DNA from: Fidelibacterota bacterium | GTDB taxonomy: Bacteria; Fidelibacterota; Fidelibacteria; Fidelibacterales; DSDE01 | Reading direction: 5' to 3' | Length of the DNA: 64,000 bases | Assembly (NCBI GenBank): GCA_046735395.1 | Contig: JBJKQR010000012.1 | Location: forward strand, 1 to 64,000 | Shown: one piece after another, positions 39,452 to 48,336 of the stretch | Position numbering within the stretch: the stretch's first letter is position 1 | Layout of the letters: each line of letters starts with the position of its first letter | Notes under the pieces: generated by a model | Told to the model about the DNA's origin: nothing | Seen by the model: only the letters and a program-made list of their open reading frames with translations | The model's database searches: none | Translations under genes and position numbers: made by a program

Positions 39452-40750
39452 TTAGCCGGCGTAGAGGCCGATACCGCGTGCCTCGGTGATTTTGCGCGTG
39501 ATGATATCCTTGATCCGGTAATTTTCCGCGGGAAAAATGACACTTCGGTTCGAGCTGGTTCGTCCCATCAGTTCATTCCGGCCTTTTTTACTCGGGCGCT
39601 CAACCAGAATCTCCATGTCCCTGCCGACGCAGGCCAGGTTTCGTTCGTAGGTATGTTCTTTCTGCAGCGCGATCAATTCGTTCAGGCGGGCCCGTTTTTC
39701 CGCTTCCGGGACATCGTCGGTGAGCAGAGCTGCTTTCGTGCCGGGGCGCGGGGAATATTTGAAGGTGAATGCGGAATCAAATTTCACGTCTTTCATGAGA
39801 GCCAGCGTTTCCTGAAAATCCTGCTCACTTTCCCCCGGAAAACCGACAATGATATCGGTGGTAATGCTCATGGACGGGACTGCTTTACGGATTTTTTCCA
39901 CCAGCTTCAGATAATGGTCACGGGTATAGGTCCGGTTCATGGCTTTCAGCATCCGGTCGGATCCGGCCTGAAGGGGAAGGTGAATATGGTCCGCGATGCG
40001 GGGAAGAAATTCCGCATGCACGGCCAGCAGGTCATCATCCACATCCTGAGGATGGGGACTGGTATAGCGGATGCGGCGGATCCCCGGAACCTGGGCAACC
40101 GCTCTGAGCAGCTGGGGAAAATGATCCTCTCCGTGCCGGTAACTGTTTACATTCTGTCCCAGAAGCGTGATCTCCACAAAGCCCTGCTCTGCGATGAGAG
40201 CTGCTTCTTCGGTAATACTGGCGATGGAGCGGCTCCGTTCCCGTCCCCGTGTATAGGGAACGATGCAGTAGGTGCAGAATTTGTCACAGCCCCGCATGAT
40301 GCTGATCCAGGCATTAATGCCTTCCCGTCTGGCGGGGAAGAGGCCGTCATAAACCTCATAGCGGCTGAGATGCGTATCGACTTTGCCGCGTCTCGTCCGT
40401 TTTTTAGACAGCATTTCAGGCAGACGCCGGTAGGCATCCGGCCCGGCAACGATCTGAACATGAGTCCGGTTATTGACCAGCTTTTCCTTGAGGTTCTGGG
40501 CCATGCAGCCGACCACGCCCAGCTGCAGGTCCGGATTTTCACTGCGGTATTTCTGCAGCTCGCCGATGCGGCTGTATATCTTGTCCTCGGCATGCTCCCG
40601 GACCGAGCAGGTATTGAGCAGAATGACGTCTGCATCTTCAGGGCGTTCCACCGCTTCAAAATCCGGCTCACGCTCCAGTATTCCTGCTATCAGTTCGCTG
40701 TCATATACATTCATCTGGCAGCCGTAGGTCTCTATATAGAATTTTTTCAT
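39452..40750 (-). CDS. miaB: tRNA methylthiotransferase MiaB
   Basis: TYGCQMN, NTCSVRE.AE, GCMAQ, CDKFCTYC radical SAM motif, TRAM domain. Confidence 0.96.
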   Translation of the reverse strand: MKKFYIETYGCQMNVYDSELIAGILEREPDFEAVERPEDADVILLNTCSVREHAEDKIYSRIGELQKYRSENPDLQLGVVGCMAQNLKEKLVNNRTHVQIVAGPDAYRRLPEMLSKKRTRRGKVDTHLSRYEVYDGLFPARREGINAWISIMRGCDKFCTYCIVPYTRGRERSRSIASITEEAALIAEQGFVEITLLGQNVNSYRHGEDHFPQLLRAVAQVPGIRRIRYTSPHPQDVDDDLLAVHAEFLPRIADHIHLPLQAGSDRMLKAMNRTYTRDHYLKLVEKIRKAVPSMSITTDIIVGFPGESEQDFQETLALMKDVKFDSAFTFKYSPRPGTKAALLTDDVPEAEKRARLNELIALQKEHTYERNLACVGRDMEILVERPSKKGRNELMGRTSSNRSVIFPAENYRIKDIITRKITEARGIGLYAG

Positions 40751-40923
40751 CGTTCTCCCATTTTCAGGGCCTAAATTACTGAAAAAAAATGTCCTTGTGA
40801 AGAACCCATCTGAAAAATACCCGGGAATGTCTCATTTTATGGATGTTTTTTTACCGTCGGTTCAGATGACTCAGGTAAATTCCGGATTCAGGATATGTTC
40901 AGTACAAATTCGCTGAATGGATT

Positions 40924-42780
40924 TTACAGTAAATCAGTCATCAAGGTATTGATACGGTCCACCATCCTGCGGGGATCTATTTTCAGGCCGGCGGTAAAGA
41001 AGGCGTTGTCAGTCACCTGTTCCATCAGGAGGCGCGCCTTTGCCTCATTCTCCTCACTTCCGCTGAGGGTGGCGATTTTCTGGATAAGGGGATGGGTGGA
41101 ATTGATTTCCAGTACCTTTTTCCCGGTCTGGTACATTTCATTCCGGGACGCTTCCAGTATTTTCTGCATATTGGTGGTCATGGCATCATCCGGATTGACG
41201 ATCAGCGCGGGACTGTCAACCAACCGGGTGGAAAGACGGACGTCTGAAAGCCGCGGATCCATATCCTTTTTCAGCCAGTCGAGAAGTTTTTCTGCAGTCT
41301 TTTTTGCGCTTTTTGCCTTCTTGTCATCCGAGGCTGTCGAAGTAAGTTTCACATCGGCCTGGTCTGCGGACATGAGCTTCTTTTCTCCGTATTCGCGAAG
41401 GCTGGTCATCACAAAATCATCAATGGGCTCGTAGAGAAAAAGGACATCCACGTCATTGGCCCGGAAGGTTTCCAGATACGGGCTGCTTTCGATTTCCTGC
41501 CGCGATGAACCGGTCAGGTAATAGATTTCCTTCTGATCTTCACCGGCGTGAGCCACGTAGTCATCGAGCGAAATCTGTTTTCCCGCTTCGGTCTTTCTGC
41601 TTTCAAACCGCAGCAATGACGCGATATCCTTCGCATTTTCCCAGTCGGAATTGGCCCCTTCCTTCAGGTACATGGAAAAGGTCTTGTAAAATTCCAGATA
41701 GCTGTCCTGGTGTTCCTTCGCCTGGGTCTGGAGAAAACTGATAAGCCGCCTGGTCAGGAATTTTTTCAGTTTGCCGATGATCAGATTGTCCTGCAGTGTT
41801 TCGCGGCTGATATTCAGGGGCAGGTCCTCACTGTCCACGATACCCTTGACGAAGCGAAGATATTCGGGCAGGATTTCCTTGACCTGAGCCTGGATCAGAA
41901 CTTTATTGCAGTACAGGCTGACTCCGGGTTCGCTGCGGTTGAAGCCGAATATTTCCATATTTTCCCGGGGGAAATAGAGGAGCGCATTCAGCTGAATGGG
42001 GGCATCCGAACTGGTGTGAAGCTGAAAGAAGGGGTCGGAGGCGGCATTTTCGTGGAATTTGTAGAATTCCTTGTAATCGTTCTCACTCACATCCTTCGGT
42101 GACTGCGTCCAGATCGGTTTGATGGTATTGACCAGCTCGTCATCCACATAAATGGGAGACGGAACGAAATTGCTGTACTGCTTGATGATCTGCTTGATCG
42201 TATCCTTTTCCAGATATTTGTCGTGATCTTCGGAAAGCTCGACGATGATGCGTGTTCCCCGGGTGATCCCTTCCTCGCGTCCGATGCTGTAGTCATTGAT
42301 GCCATCGCTGCTCCATTCCCAGCCTTCCGCATCCTTCTGATAGCTGCGGGTGATGACGCGAACCCGTTTCGCGACCATGAAGGCGGAGTAGAAACCGACT
42401 CCGAACTGGCCGATGAGCTGACTTTTTTCACTGTCGCCCCGGGACTGGAGATTTTCGAAGAATTTTTCGGTGGAGGAGTGGGCGATGGTTCCCAGATTTT
42501 CGATGAGCTCGTCCCGGGTCATCCCCACACCTGTATCGCTGATCGTCAGAGTGTGCGTATCCTTGCTGATGTCAATCCGTATTTCAAAGGGCAGATCCTG
42601 GTCAGCACCGTCCGGATCTGTCAGGGACAGATAGCGGAATTTCTCTATCGCATCCGACGCATTGGAAATCAGTTCACGAATGAAAATATCGCGGTTTGTA
42701 TATAACGAATGAATGACGATGTTCAGGAGTTTCTTTGCCTCGGTCTGGTATTCATAGCTTTGAATCGGTGTTTCTTTCAT
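40924..42780 (-). CDS. htpG: Molecular chaperone HtpG (Hsp90)
   Basis: IFIRELISNASDA, DTGVGMT, IGQFGVGFYSAF, DLPLNISRE. Confidence 0.97.
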   Translation of the reverse strand: MKETPIQSYEYQTEAKKLLNIVIHSLYTNRDIFIRELISNASDAIEKFRYLSLTDPDGADQDLPFEIRIDISKDTHTLTISDTGVGMTRDELIENLGTIAHSSTEKFFENLQSRGDSEKSQLIGQFGVGFYSAFMVAKRVRVITRSYQKDAEGWEWSSDGINDYSIGREEGITRGTRIIVELSEDHDKYLEKDTIKQIIKQYSNFVPSPIYVDDELVNTIKPIWTQSPKDVSENDYKEFYKFHENAASDPFFQLHTSSDAPIQLNALLYFPRENMEIFGFNRSEPGVSLYCNKVLIQAQVKEILPEYLRFVKGIVDSEDLPLNISRETLQDNLIIGKLKKFLTRRLISFLQTQAKEHQDSYLEFYKTFSMYLKEGANSDWENAKDIASLLRFESRKTEAGKQISLDDYVAHAGEDQKEIYYLTGSSRQEIESSPYLETFRANDVDVLFLYEPIDDFVMTSLREYGEKKLMSADQADVKLTSTASDDKKAKSAKKTAEKLLDWLKKDMDPRLSDVRLSTRLVDSPALIVNPDDAMTTNMQKILEASRNEMYQTGKKVLEINSTHPLIQKIATLSGSEENEAKARLLMEQVTDNAFFTAGLKIDPRRMVDRINTLMTDLL

Positions 42781-42896
42781 CTTCTATCCTCTTTTTTTTA
42801 ATCCTTTACCACTGGCCACCACGGATGGGCCGATGCGGGTTTCAATTCTATCCTTTGATTCACTTTTCCATGAAAAGTTTCATCACAAAAACGGTT

Positions 42897-45563
42897 TTAT
42901 TCTGATTTTTTCTTATCCAGATATTTTCGTATCAGCCGGTTGAGGTCGCTCAGGACGATGGGTTTTGAGATAAATTCGACGGCGCCGATTTCCTTGGCTT
43001 TTTCAACCGTGAGCGTATCGCTGAAACCAGTACAGATAATGATGGGGACATCCTTTCGAATGGCCAGCATCTTGCGGGTCAGGGCATCTCCCGTCATTTC
43101 GGGCATGGTGAGATCGGTCACGACCAGGTCATAGGCCCGCGGATCCTCCGTAAAGGCCTGCAGGGCATCGGGGCTTTTCGTGAATGAGCTGACGCGATAT
43201 CCGAACAGCGGAAGAGCGCGCTGGGCCAGTTCAACAATTTTGTCCTCATCATCCACATAAAGAATATGTTCCGTACCGCCGGTGGTTTCGGCAGCTGCCG
43301 GTGTCTTGCTCTTGATCCCCGGACTCTGGTCGTAAATCGGCAGATATACCCTGAACAGTGTCCCCTTGTCGGCTTCACTGTACACCGATATATGCCCTTT
43401 GCAGCTGTTTACGATACCATGAACCACAGCCAGTCCCAGCCCGGTTCCTTCACCGCTTTTTTTCGTCGTGAAATAGGGATCGAAGATATTTTTAATGATG
43501 GATTTCGGGATACCGGGGCCCGTGTCCTTCACATCCAGCAGCACATATTTACCGGGAGCCACAGGCGCGCCGATCACCGGATCATTTTCGGAAACTGAAA
43601 AGTTGTGCAGTTTCACAACCAGTTTTCCGCCGGTTTCCTTCATCGCCTGGTAGGCATTGGTACAGAGGTTCATGACAATCTGATGGATCTCCACCGGATC
43701 GGCGAGGATATAACTTTTACTTTCAATGATTTCCTCAATGTCGATGGTGCGGGGAATACTGGAGCGGACCAGCTGCAGCGCCTCTCCCACGATATGAGAA
43801 AATTTGACCGGAACGATTTCCTTGTCTTTTTTCCGGCTGAAGGTGAGGATCTGATTCACCAGATCCCGGGCTCTCTGGGAAGCCATGGATATCTCCTGCA
43901 GCTCGTTATCCAGCTGAAGATTCTCCGCGACTTTCATGAGGGCCAGATCATTGTACCCGATGATGGCCGTCAGAATATTATTGAAATCATGCGCAATACC
44001 GCCGGCCAGGGTGCCCAGGGATTCGAGCTTCTGGCTCTGTCTCAGCTGTTCCTCAAGGCGGATGCTTTCGGTAATATTATGAAGGATGGCCATATACCCG
44101 GCAATATGCCCGCCGGATTCGAAATAGGGGGAAATGGTCGTTTCATAGGTCATGAGATGTCCGTCCCGGATGCGGTTGCGGACGATACCCGACCACATTT
44201 TCCCTTTTCGGACAGTGTGCCAGATATCATTGAAAATTTCGTCCTCCGCGAAGGTTTCCCTGAAGATATCCGGACGGTTGCCGAGAATTTCGTTCCTTTC
44301 AAATCCGGTGTTTTTATAAAAGGCCGGATTGACGTAATCTATCACTCCGTCCGGATTTATGAGAAGAATGGATTCTGTGGACTGTTCGATAACGGTTTGA
44401 AACCGCGCCAGCTCGTTTTCATTCAGTTTGCGGTTGCTGATATCGCGGACAGTTACCACAATATGGTCTCTGTCTTCGATGATGGTGCGGCGAAAGGCAA
44501 GCTCTGCCCAGAAGTGACTTCCGTCCTTGCGTGTGACTTCCTTTTCCAGATGTCCGTCGTGGCGGGTGAGAAGCGTATGCTGAAATTCCTCCCGGAGCAG
44601 CCGGCCACGAACCGTCGTATCCGGTGCAAATTCCGCTGAAAATTTTCCGATCACCTCCTCTTCACTGTCATAACGGTAGATGTCAAGCATGGCCTGATTC
44701 ACTTCGAGAATCCGGGTTGTCAGGGCATCATGGATGATAATAGCATCCGAAGGAGAGTTGAAGATCTCCCGATATTTCTTTTCGCCGGATTTCAGAGCTT
44801 CAATTGCGCTGTTTCGCTCATTCAGCTGCGTTTTTATCCGCATCATCATCGTATTGAAACTGCGGTATAAGGTTCCGATTTCGTCCTTTTTATCGTAATT
44901 GGCCTTAATATCCTCCCGATTTTCGGGTGAAATATTTTCGGCGATGGCCGCCAGTTTCAGAATGGGACCGGAGATGATGTCCTGCAGAATATAGGCTGCG
45001 ACAAAAGCCAGAATTCCGGTGAGAAGCGAGACAAAGATCAGAAACATGATATACTGCCGGATCCGCTGGGACAACTGATCCGTATCGGCGAGAATACTGA
45101 CGCTTCCCAGCTGCTCACCATGATATACAACGGGATGGAAAACCAGCAGTTTTTCACCCTGATAGAGGATCTTTTCTTCCTTCACATACTGCATTGTCCC
45201 CGGATCGGGTGTTCCGCCCTGCCGGGAATAGACCGCAAACAGGTGTCCTTCATTATCAAGAATGACGGCCTGGCTGATGGAGGGCATATTGCCGATTTTT
45301 GATACAATACTGCGGGCCTCTTCCTTATAGCTGTACAGAAGCGGCCTGACACAGGATTCTGAAATGAACTGAGCGCTGACCTGTGTATCCCGGATCAGTT
45401 CCTTCTTAAGATTTGAAAACTGAAAATAGGAAATAGTGGCATAGGCGGCCAGCAGGCTCAGCAGAGAGACGAACAGGATAATGGCAATGAGCTTGCCCCG
45501 GATGGAAAACTGATCGGACAGGGTTCGGCGTAACCGTTTCAGGTCGTCTCTGTACTGACTCAT
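42897..45563 (-). CDS. Membrane hybrid sensor histidine kinase (periplasmic sensor-HAMP-PAS-PAS-HisKA-HATPase-REC)
   Basis: Two TMs, DEIG.L HAMP, GIAHDFNNIL, NLCTNA, DTGPGI, GTGLGL, C-terminal YVDDE...TDLTMP...KP. Confidence 0.93.
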   Translation of the reverse strand: MSQYRDDLKRLRRTLSDQFSIRGKLIAIILFVSLLSLLAAYATISYFQFSNLKKELIRDTQVSAQFISESCVRPLLYSYKEEARSIVSKIGNMPSISQAVILDNEGHLFAVYSRQGGTPDPGTMQYVKEEKILYQGEKLLVFHPVVYHGEQLGSVSILADTDQLSQRIRQYIMFLIFVSLLTGILAFVAAYILQDIISGPILKLAAIAENISPENREDIKANYDKKDEIGTLYRSFNTMMMRIKTQLNERNSAIEALKSGEKKYREIFNSPSDAIIIHDALTTRILEVNQAMLDIYRYDSEEEVIGKFSAEFAPDTTVRGRLLREEFQHTLLTRHDGHLEKEVTRKDGSHFWAELAFRRTIIEDRDHIVVTVRDISNRKLNENELARFQTVIEQSTESILLINPDGVIDYVNPAFYKNTGFERNEILGNRPDIFRETFAEDEIFNDIWHTVRKGKMWSGIVRNRIRDGHLMTYETTISPYFESGGHIAGYMAILHNITESIRLEEQLRQSQKLESLGTLAGGIAHDFNNILTAIIGYNDLALMKVAENLQLDNELQEISMASQRARDLVNQILTFSRKKDKEIVPVKFSHIVGEALQLVRSSIPRTIDIEEIIESKSYILADPVEIHQIVMNLCTNAYQAMKETGGKLVVKLHNFSVSENDPVIGAPVAPGKYVLLDVKDTGPGIPKSIIKNIFDPYFTTKKSGEGTGLGLAVVHGIVNSCKGHISVYSEADKGTLFRVYLPIYDQSPGIKSKTPAAAETTGGTEHILYVDDEDKIVELAQRALPLFGYRVSSFTKSPDALQAFTEDPRAYDLVVTDLTMPEMTGDALTRKMLAIRKDVPIIICTGFSDTLTVEKAKEIGAVEFISKPIVLSDLNRLIRKYLDKKKSE

Positions 45564-45615
45564 CCGTCTATCCTGACATCGCAGAAAGCGACATGACCAT
45601 TTTGATTAGCTGATC

Positions 45616-46710
45616 TCATCGAGGGTCTCCTGCAGGGGATTCCATTGCCATGGATTGCTCAAGAATGCCCAGAATATAGGAGAGCTTGGACCGGTCCGTT
45701 TCGTTCAGAGAGCCGTGTGTGGCAATCGTTTCAGATGCCTGGCGCAGGGCCGTGCCGGCCTGTTCTGCGTCTCCGTTTCCGAGGCATTGCGTAATGCGCA
45801 GCAGGGTATCGACCGTAGCTTTATCATCCTGTCCTCTGTCATCATAGTCAAACAGAGATGTGGGGGCCTCATTGAGATCATCGAGAAAGGCTGCCAGATG
45901 CCCGGCCGTATGTATAAGTTTTGGGTAATCCAGTTTTTCCGCACTGTCATTGGTACTGTGATAATAGCGTGAACGTCCCTCGGTTAAAAAGAGGAAAGCT
46001 TTATGTCTGGATTTGAAGGCCAGATAATTTCCGGAGGGGGGGATGGCATGGATTCCGAGACGGTGAAAACGAAAATCACCGGAATTGCTGCGCTGATCGA
46101 GAATGCTGCCGATCCGGCTTTTTTCCGCGCCGGCCGCATAGATTCCCTTCTTCAGGGCAGCACAGTCAATGGACGGATGTCCCAGCAGATCCAGAAACAA
46201 TCCCAGACGGATGGTATCCAGCGGGACAACCGGATTTTCGCAGAATCGTTCGGCCCCCATGTCGGGTGAATTGAAGAAGGGGGGCTCCTCCGCGTCAAAA
46301 AAGGCAATCATGAGGGATCGGGCTTCATCCCGGTTGCATATGAGATTCTGGTACTGTTCCGCTGCATGCAGAATAACAGCCACCGCAGCAGCATTGTCAT
46401 TGGCTCCTGGGAAATAGCTGTCATGATCCGGATCGGCTCCGAGGTGATCATAGTGTGCTTCCAGCAGGATGATTTCCGATGCGGCCTTTCCTTTTCCGGG
46501 CAGGATGCCGGAAATATTGACAGCATACGCTTCAGATACTGATTGATACAGTGGAGTCTCATAACTATTTCCATCCGGTGCCGCCGCACCGATGCTGTTC
46601 AGCAGCCCGCAGAGAAAGGCTCTGGCTCTCGCGGACCCCTCAGTACCGCTTCTCCGTCCCAGACATTCGGGGGAACTCAGAAAATGGACAATGTCCATAA
46701 TGCTTTCCAT
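45616..46710 (-). CDS. M28 family peptidase
   Basis: AHYDHLG, GANDNA, FDAEE, YH motifs. Confidence 0.85.
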   Translation of the reverse strand: MESIMDIVHFLSSPECLGRRSGTEGSARARAFLCGLLNSIGAAAPDGNSYETPLYQSVSEAYAVNISGILPGKGKAASEIILLEAHYDHLGADPDHDSYFPGANDNAAAVAVILHAAEQYQNLICNRDEARSLMIAFFDAEEPPFFNSPDMGAERFCENPVVPLDTIRLGLFLDLLGHPSIDCAALKKGIYAAGAEKSRIGSILDQRSNSGDFRFHRLGIHAIPPSGNYLAFKSRHKAFLFLTEGRSRYYHSTNDSAEKLDYPKLIHTAGHLAAFLDDLNEAPTSLFDYDDRGQDDKATVDTLLRITQCLGNGDAEQAGTALRQASETIATHGSLNETDRSKLSYILGILEQSMAMESPAGDPR

Positions 46711-46956
46711 TGGGCATAATTTGACGGGTTTATTCTCAAATAACAATATTTTATTCAAAGACTGTGATTCATCAGACATGGATAATAAGGAAAAGCAGAA
46801 GCCTGTCACTCCGGAATACGTTCTGTGTGTATTCTATCCGTAACATGTCCGAAAATTCCTGATATTTTTTCTGTATATTACATCTGTCTTTATCTAAATT
46901 TCCTCAGGACGGAATTTGAGAAATGGGACTGAATAGCGAATGATTATCCGGGGAAA

Positions 46957-48153
46957 ATGATGATGGCATTTACAGATGGTACTGATCTCAGCCAATTAAT
47001 ACATGTATTTCATGAGTCCTGTCACTCCTACGGGGACCTGTGCCGGCAGACCTATTCACTGATCGGCAGAAATTCCGAAGCCGGATTGATTCTCGTGTCA
47101 CAGCAGCTGAATACTGAAAATCTGGATATCCTGGATGCTTTCGGATGGATGGCGGGGCTGTCATCCCCTGACCTGATCCGGCTGCTGACCGCCAGCAACA
47201 GATCGGAAGAGTTCACAGAGAAGGTGTGGATAAAAAAGCTGGAAAATGAACAGGCCGCTTCCGGTGCCGCGGTGACGCTTCTGTGCTGGAAGGATGGCCG
47301 GAACAAATATTTGCTGGCTATGGATGAAGGCGGCGAAACCGCGGACGGCATACAGACCGCAGAGCTCACGGCTTTGCTGGCCATGAAGATAGAAGCGCTG
47401 AAATCCCGGGCTCAGCGACAGCCGGATGAAGAGAAGAGTGAATTCCGGAACGGGCGGCTGCATAATGTTGGGGTTCTGGCTGCGGGCGTGGCTCATGAGG
47501 TCAATAACCCGCTGACGGGAATGATCAATTTTGCCCAGATGATCCAGGATCATTCAGACAGCGACAGAATCAGGAGGTACGCGGATTCAGTTATCCGTGA
47601 GGGAAACCGTATCGCCCGAATTGTCCGGAATCTGCTTTCCTACAGTGCATTCCGGGAAGAAGGACCGGTGCTGGTGAATCCCGCAGATGTGCTGAATGAT
47701 GCCATCTCTCTCCTGCGGTCAACCCTTACATCCGAATCCATCAGCGTGGATTTTGCGGAATCCGTTCAGCTTCCGGCCGCGTCCCTGAACAGCCAGCAAC
47801 TGGAACAGGTTTTCATTAATGTTCTGCTGAATGCCCGGGATTCACTGAACCGGAAATTTCCAGGACAGCACGCCGATAAAAAAATACATATTGATCTGGC
47901 CTCTCGTGGCGATGCACCGAACCAATGGGCTGTATTTCGCCTTCGGGACAACGGGGAAGGTGTTCCGGAAGAATATCTGAAAAAGATATTTGATGAAGGT
48001 TTCTCCACGGGTGACGGATCCCGAAACAGCGGCCTGGGACTCCCCATTTCCCGCCGGATTATTCAGAGCAGCGGAGGTAAGCTCAGCCTGGAATCCGAAT
48101 GGGGAAAAGGGGCGATGGTAACCATCGAGATTCCGATCACCGGAGCAAAATGA
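46957..48153 (+). CDS. Cytoplasmic sensor histidine kinase (NtrB-like core)
   Basis: AHEVNNPL, QVFINVLLNARD, DNGEGV, GLGL; no TM. Confidence 0.88.
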   Translation: MMMAFTDGTDLSQLIHVFHESCHSYGDLCRQTYSLIGRNSEAGLILVSQQLNTENLDILDAFGWMAGLSSPDLIRLLTASNRSEEFTEKVWIKKLENEQAASGAAVTLLCWKDGRNKYLLAMDEGGETADGIQTAELTALLAMKIEALKSRAQRQPDEEKSEFRNGRLHNVGVLAAGVAHEVNNPLTGMINFAQMIQDHSDSDRIRRYADSVIREGNRIARIVRNLLSYSAFREEGPVLVNPADVLNDAISLLRSTLTSESISVDFAESVQLPAASLNSQQLEQVFINVLLNARDSLNRKFPGQHADKKIHIDLASRGDAPNQWAVFRLRDNGEGVPEEYLKKIFDEGFSTGDGSRNSGLGLPISRRIIQSSGGKLSLESEWGKGAMVTIEIPITGAK

Positions 48154-48198
48154 GTCCCATCGGTGCGAACAGACTCAATCAATCATAGGATTTGCATG

Positions 48199-48225
48199 CA
48201 AAATGAGATATATTTCAGCTGATAA
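48199..48225 (+). promoter_or_regulatory. Candidate sigma28-type promoter upstream of cheA
   Basis: CAAA-15 nt-GCTGATAA versus the consensus TAAA-N15-GCCGATAA. Confidence 0.45.
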
Positions 48226-48336
48226 GAGAGGAATAAAACCGGACCGAACGGCAGCAAAGCAGGGCCGTATTGGTTTCAGTGGAAATAGCCAGTTTGTTGG
48301 AAATTAGAAAAAATTCTACAGGAACCCGGACAAACG

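Noticed and set aside
48181..48196. sigma54 promoter before cheA
   Set aside because: TTGCA is present but the invariant -24 GG is absent.
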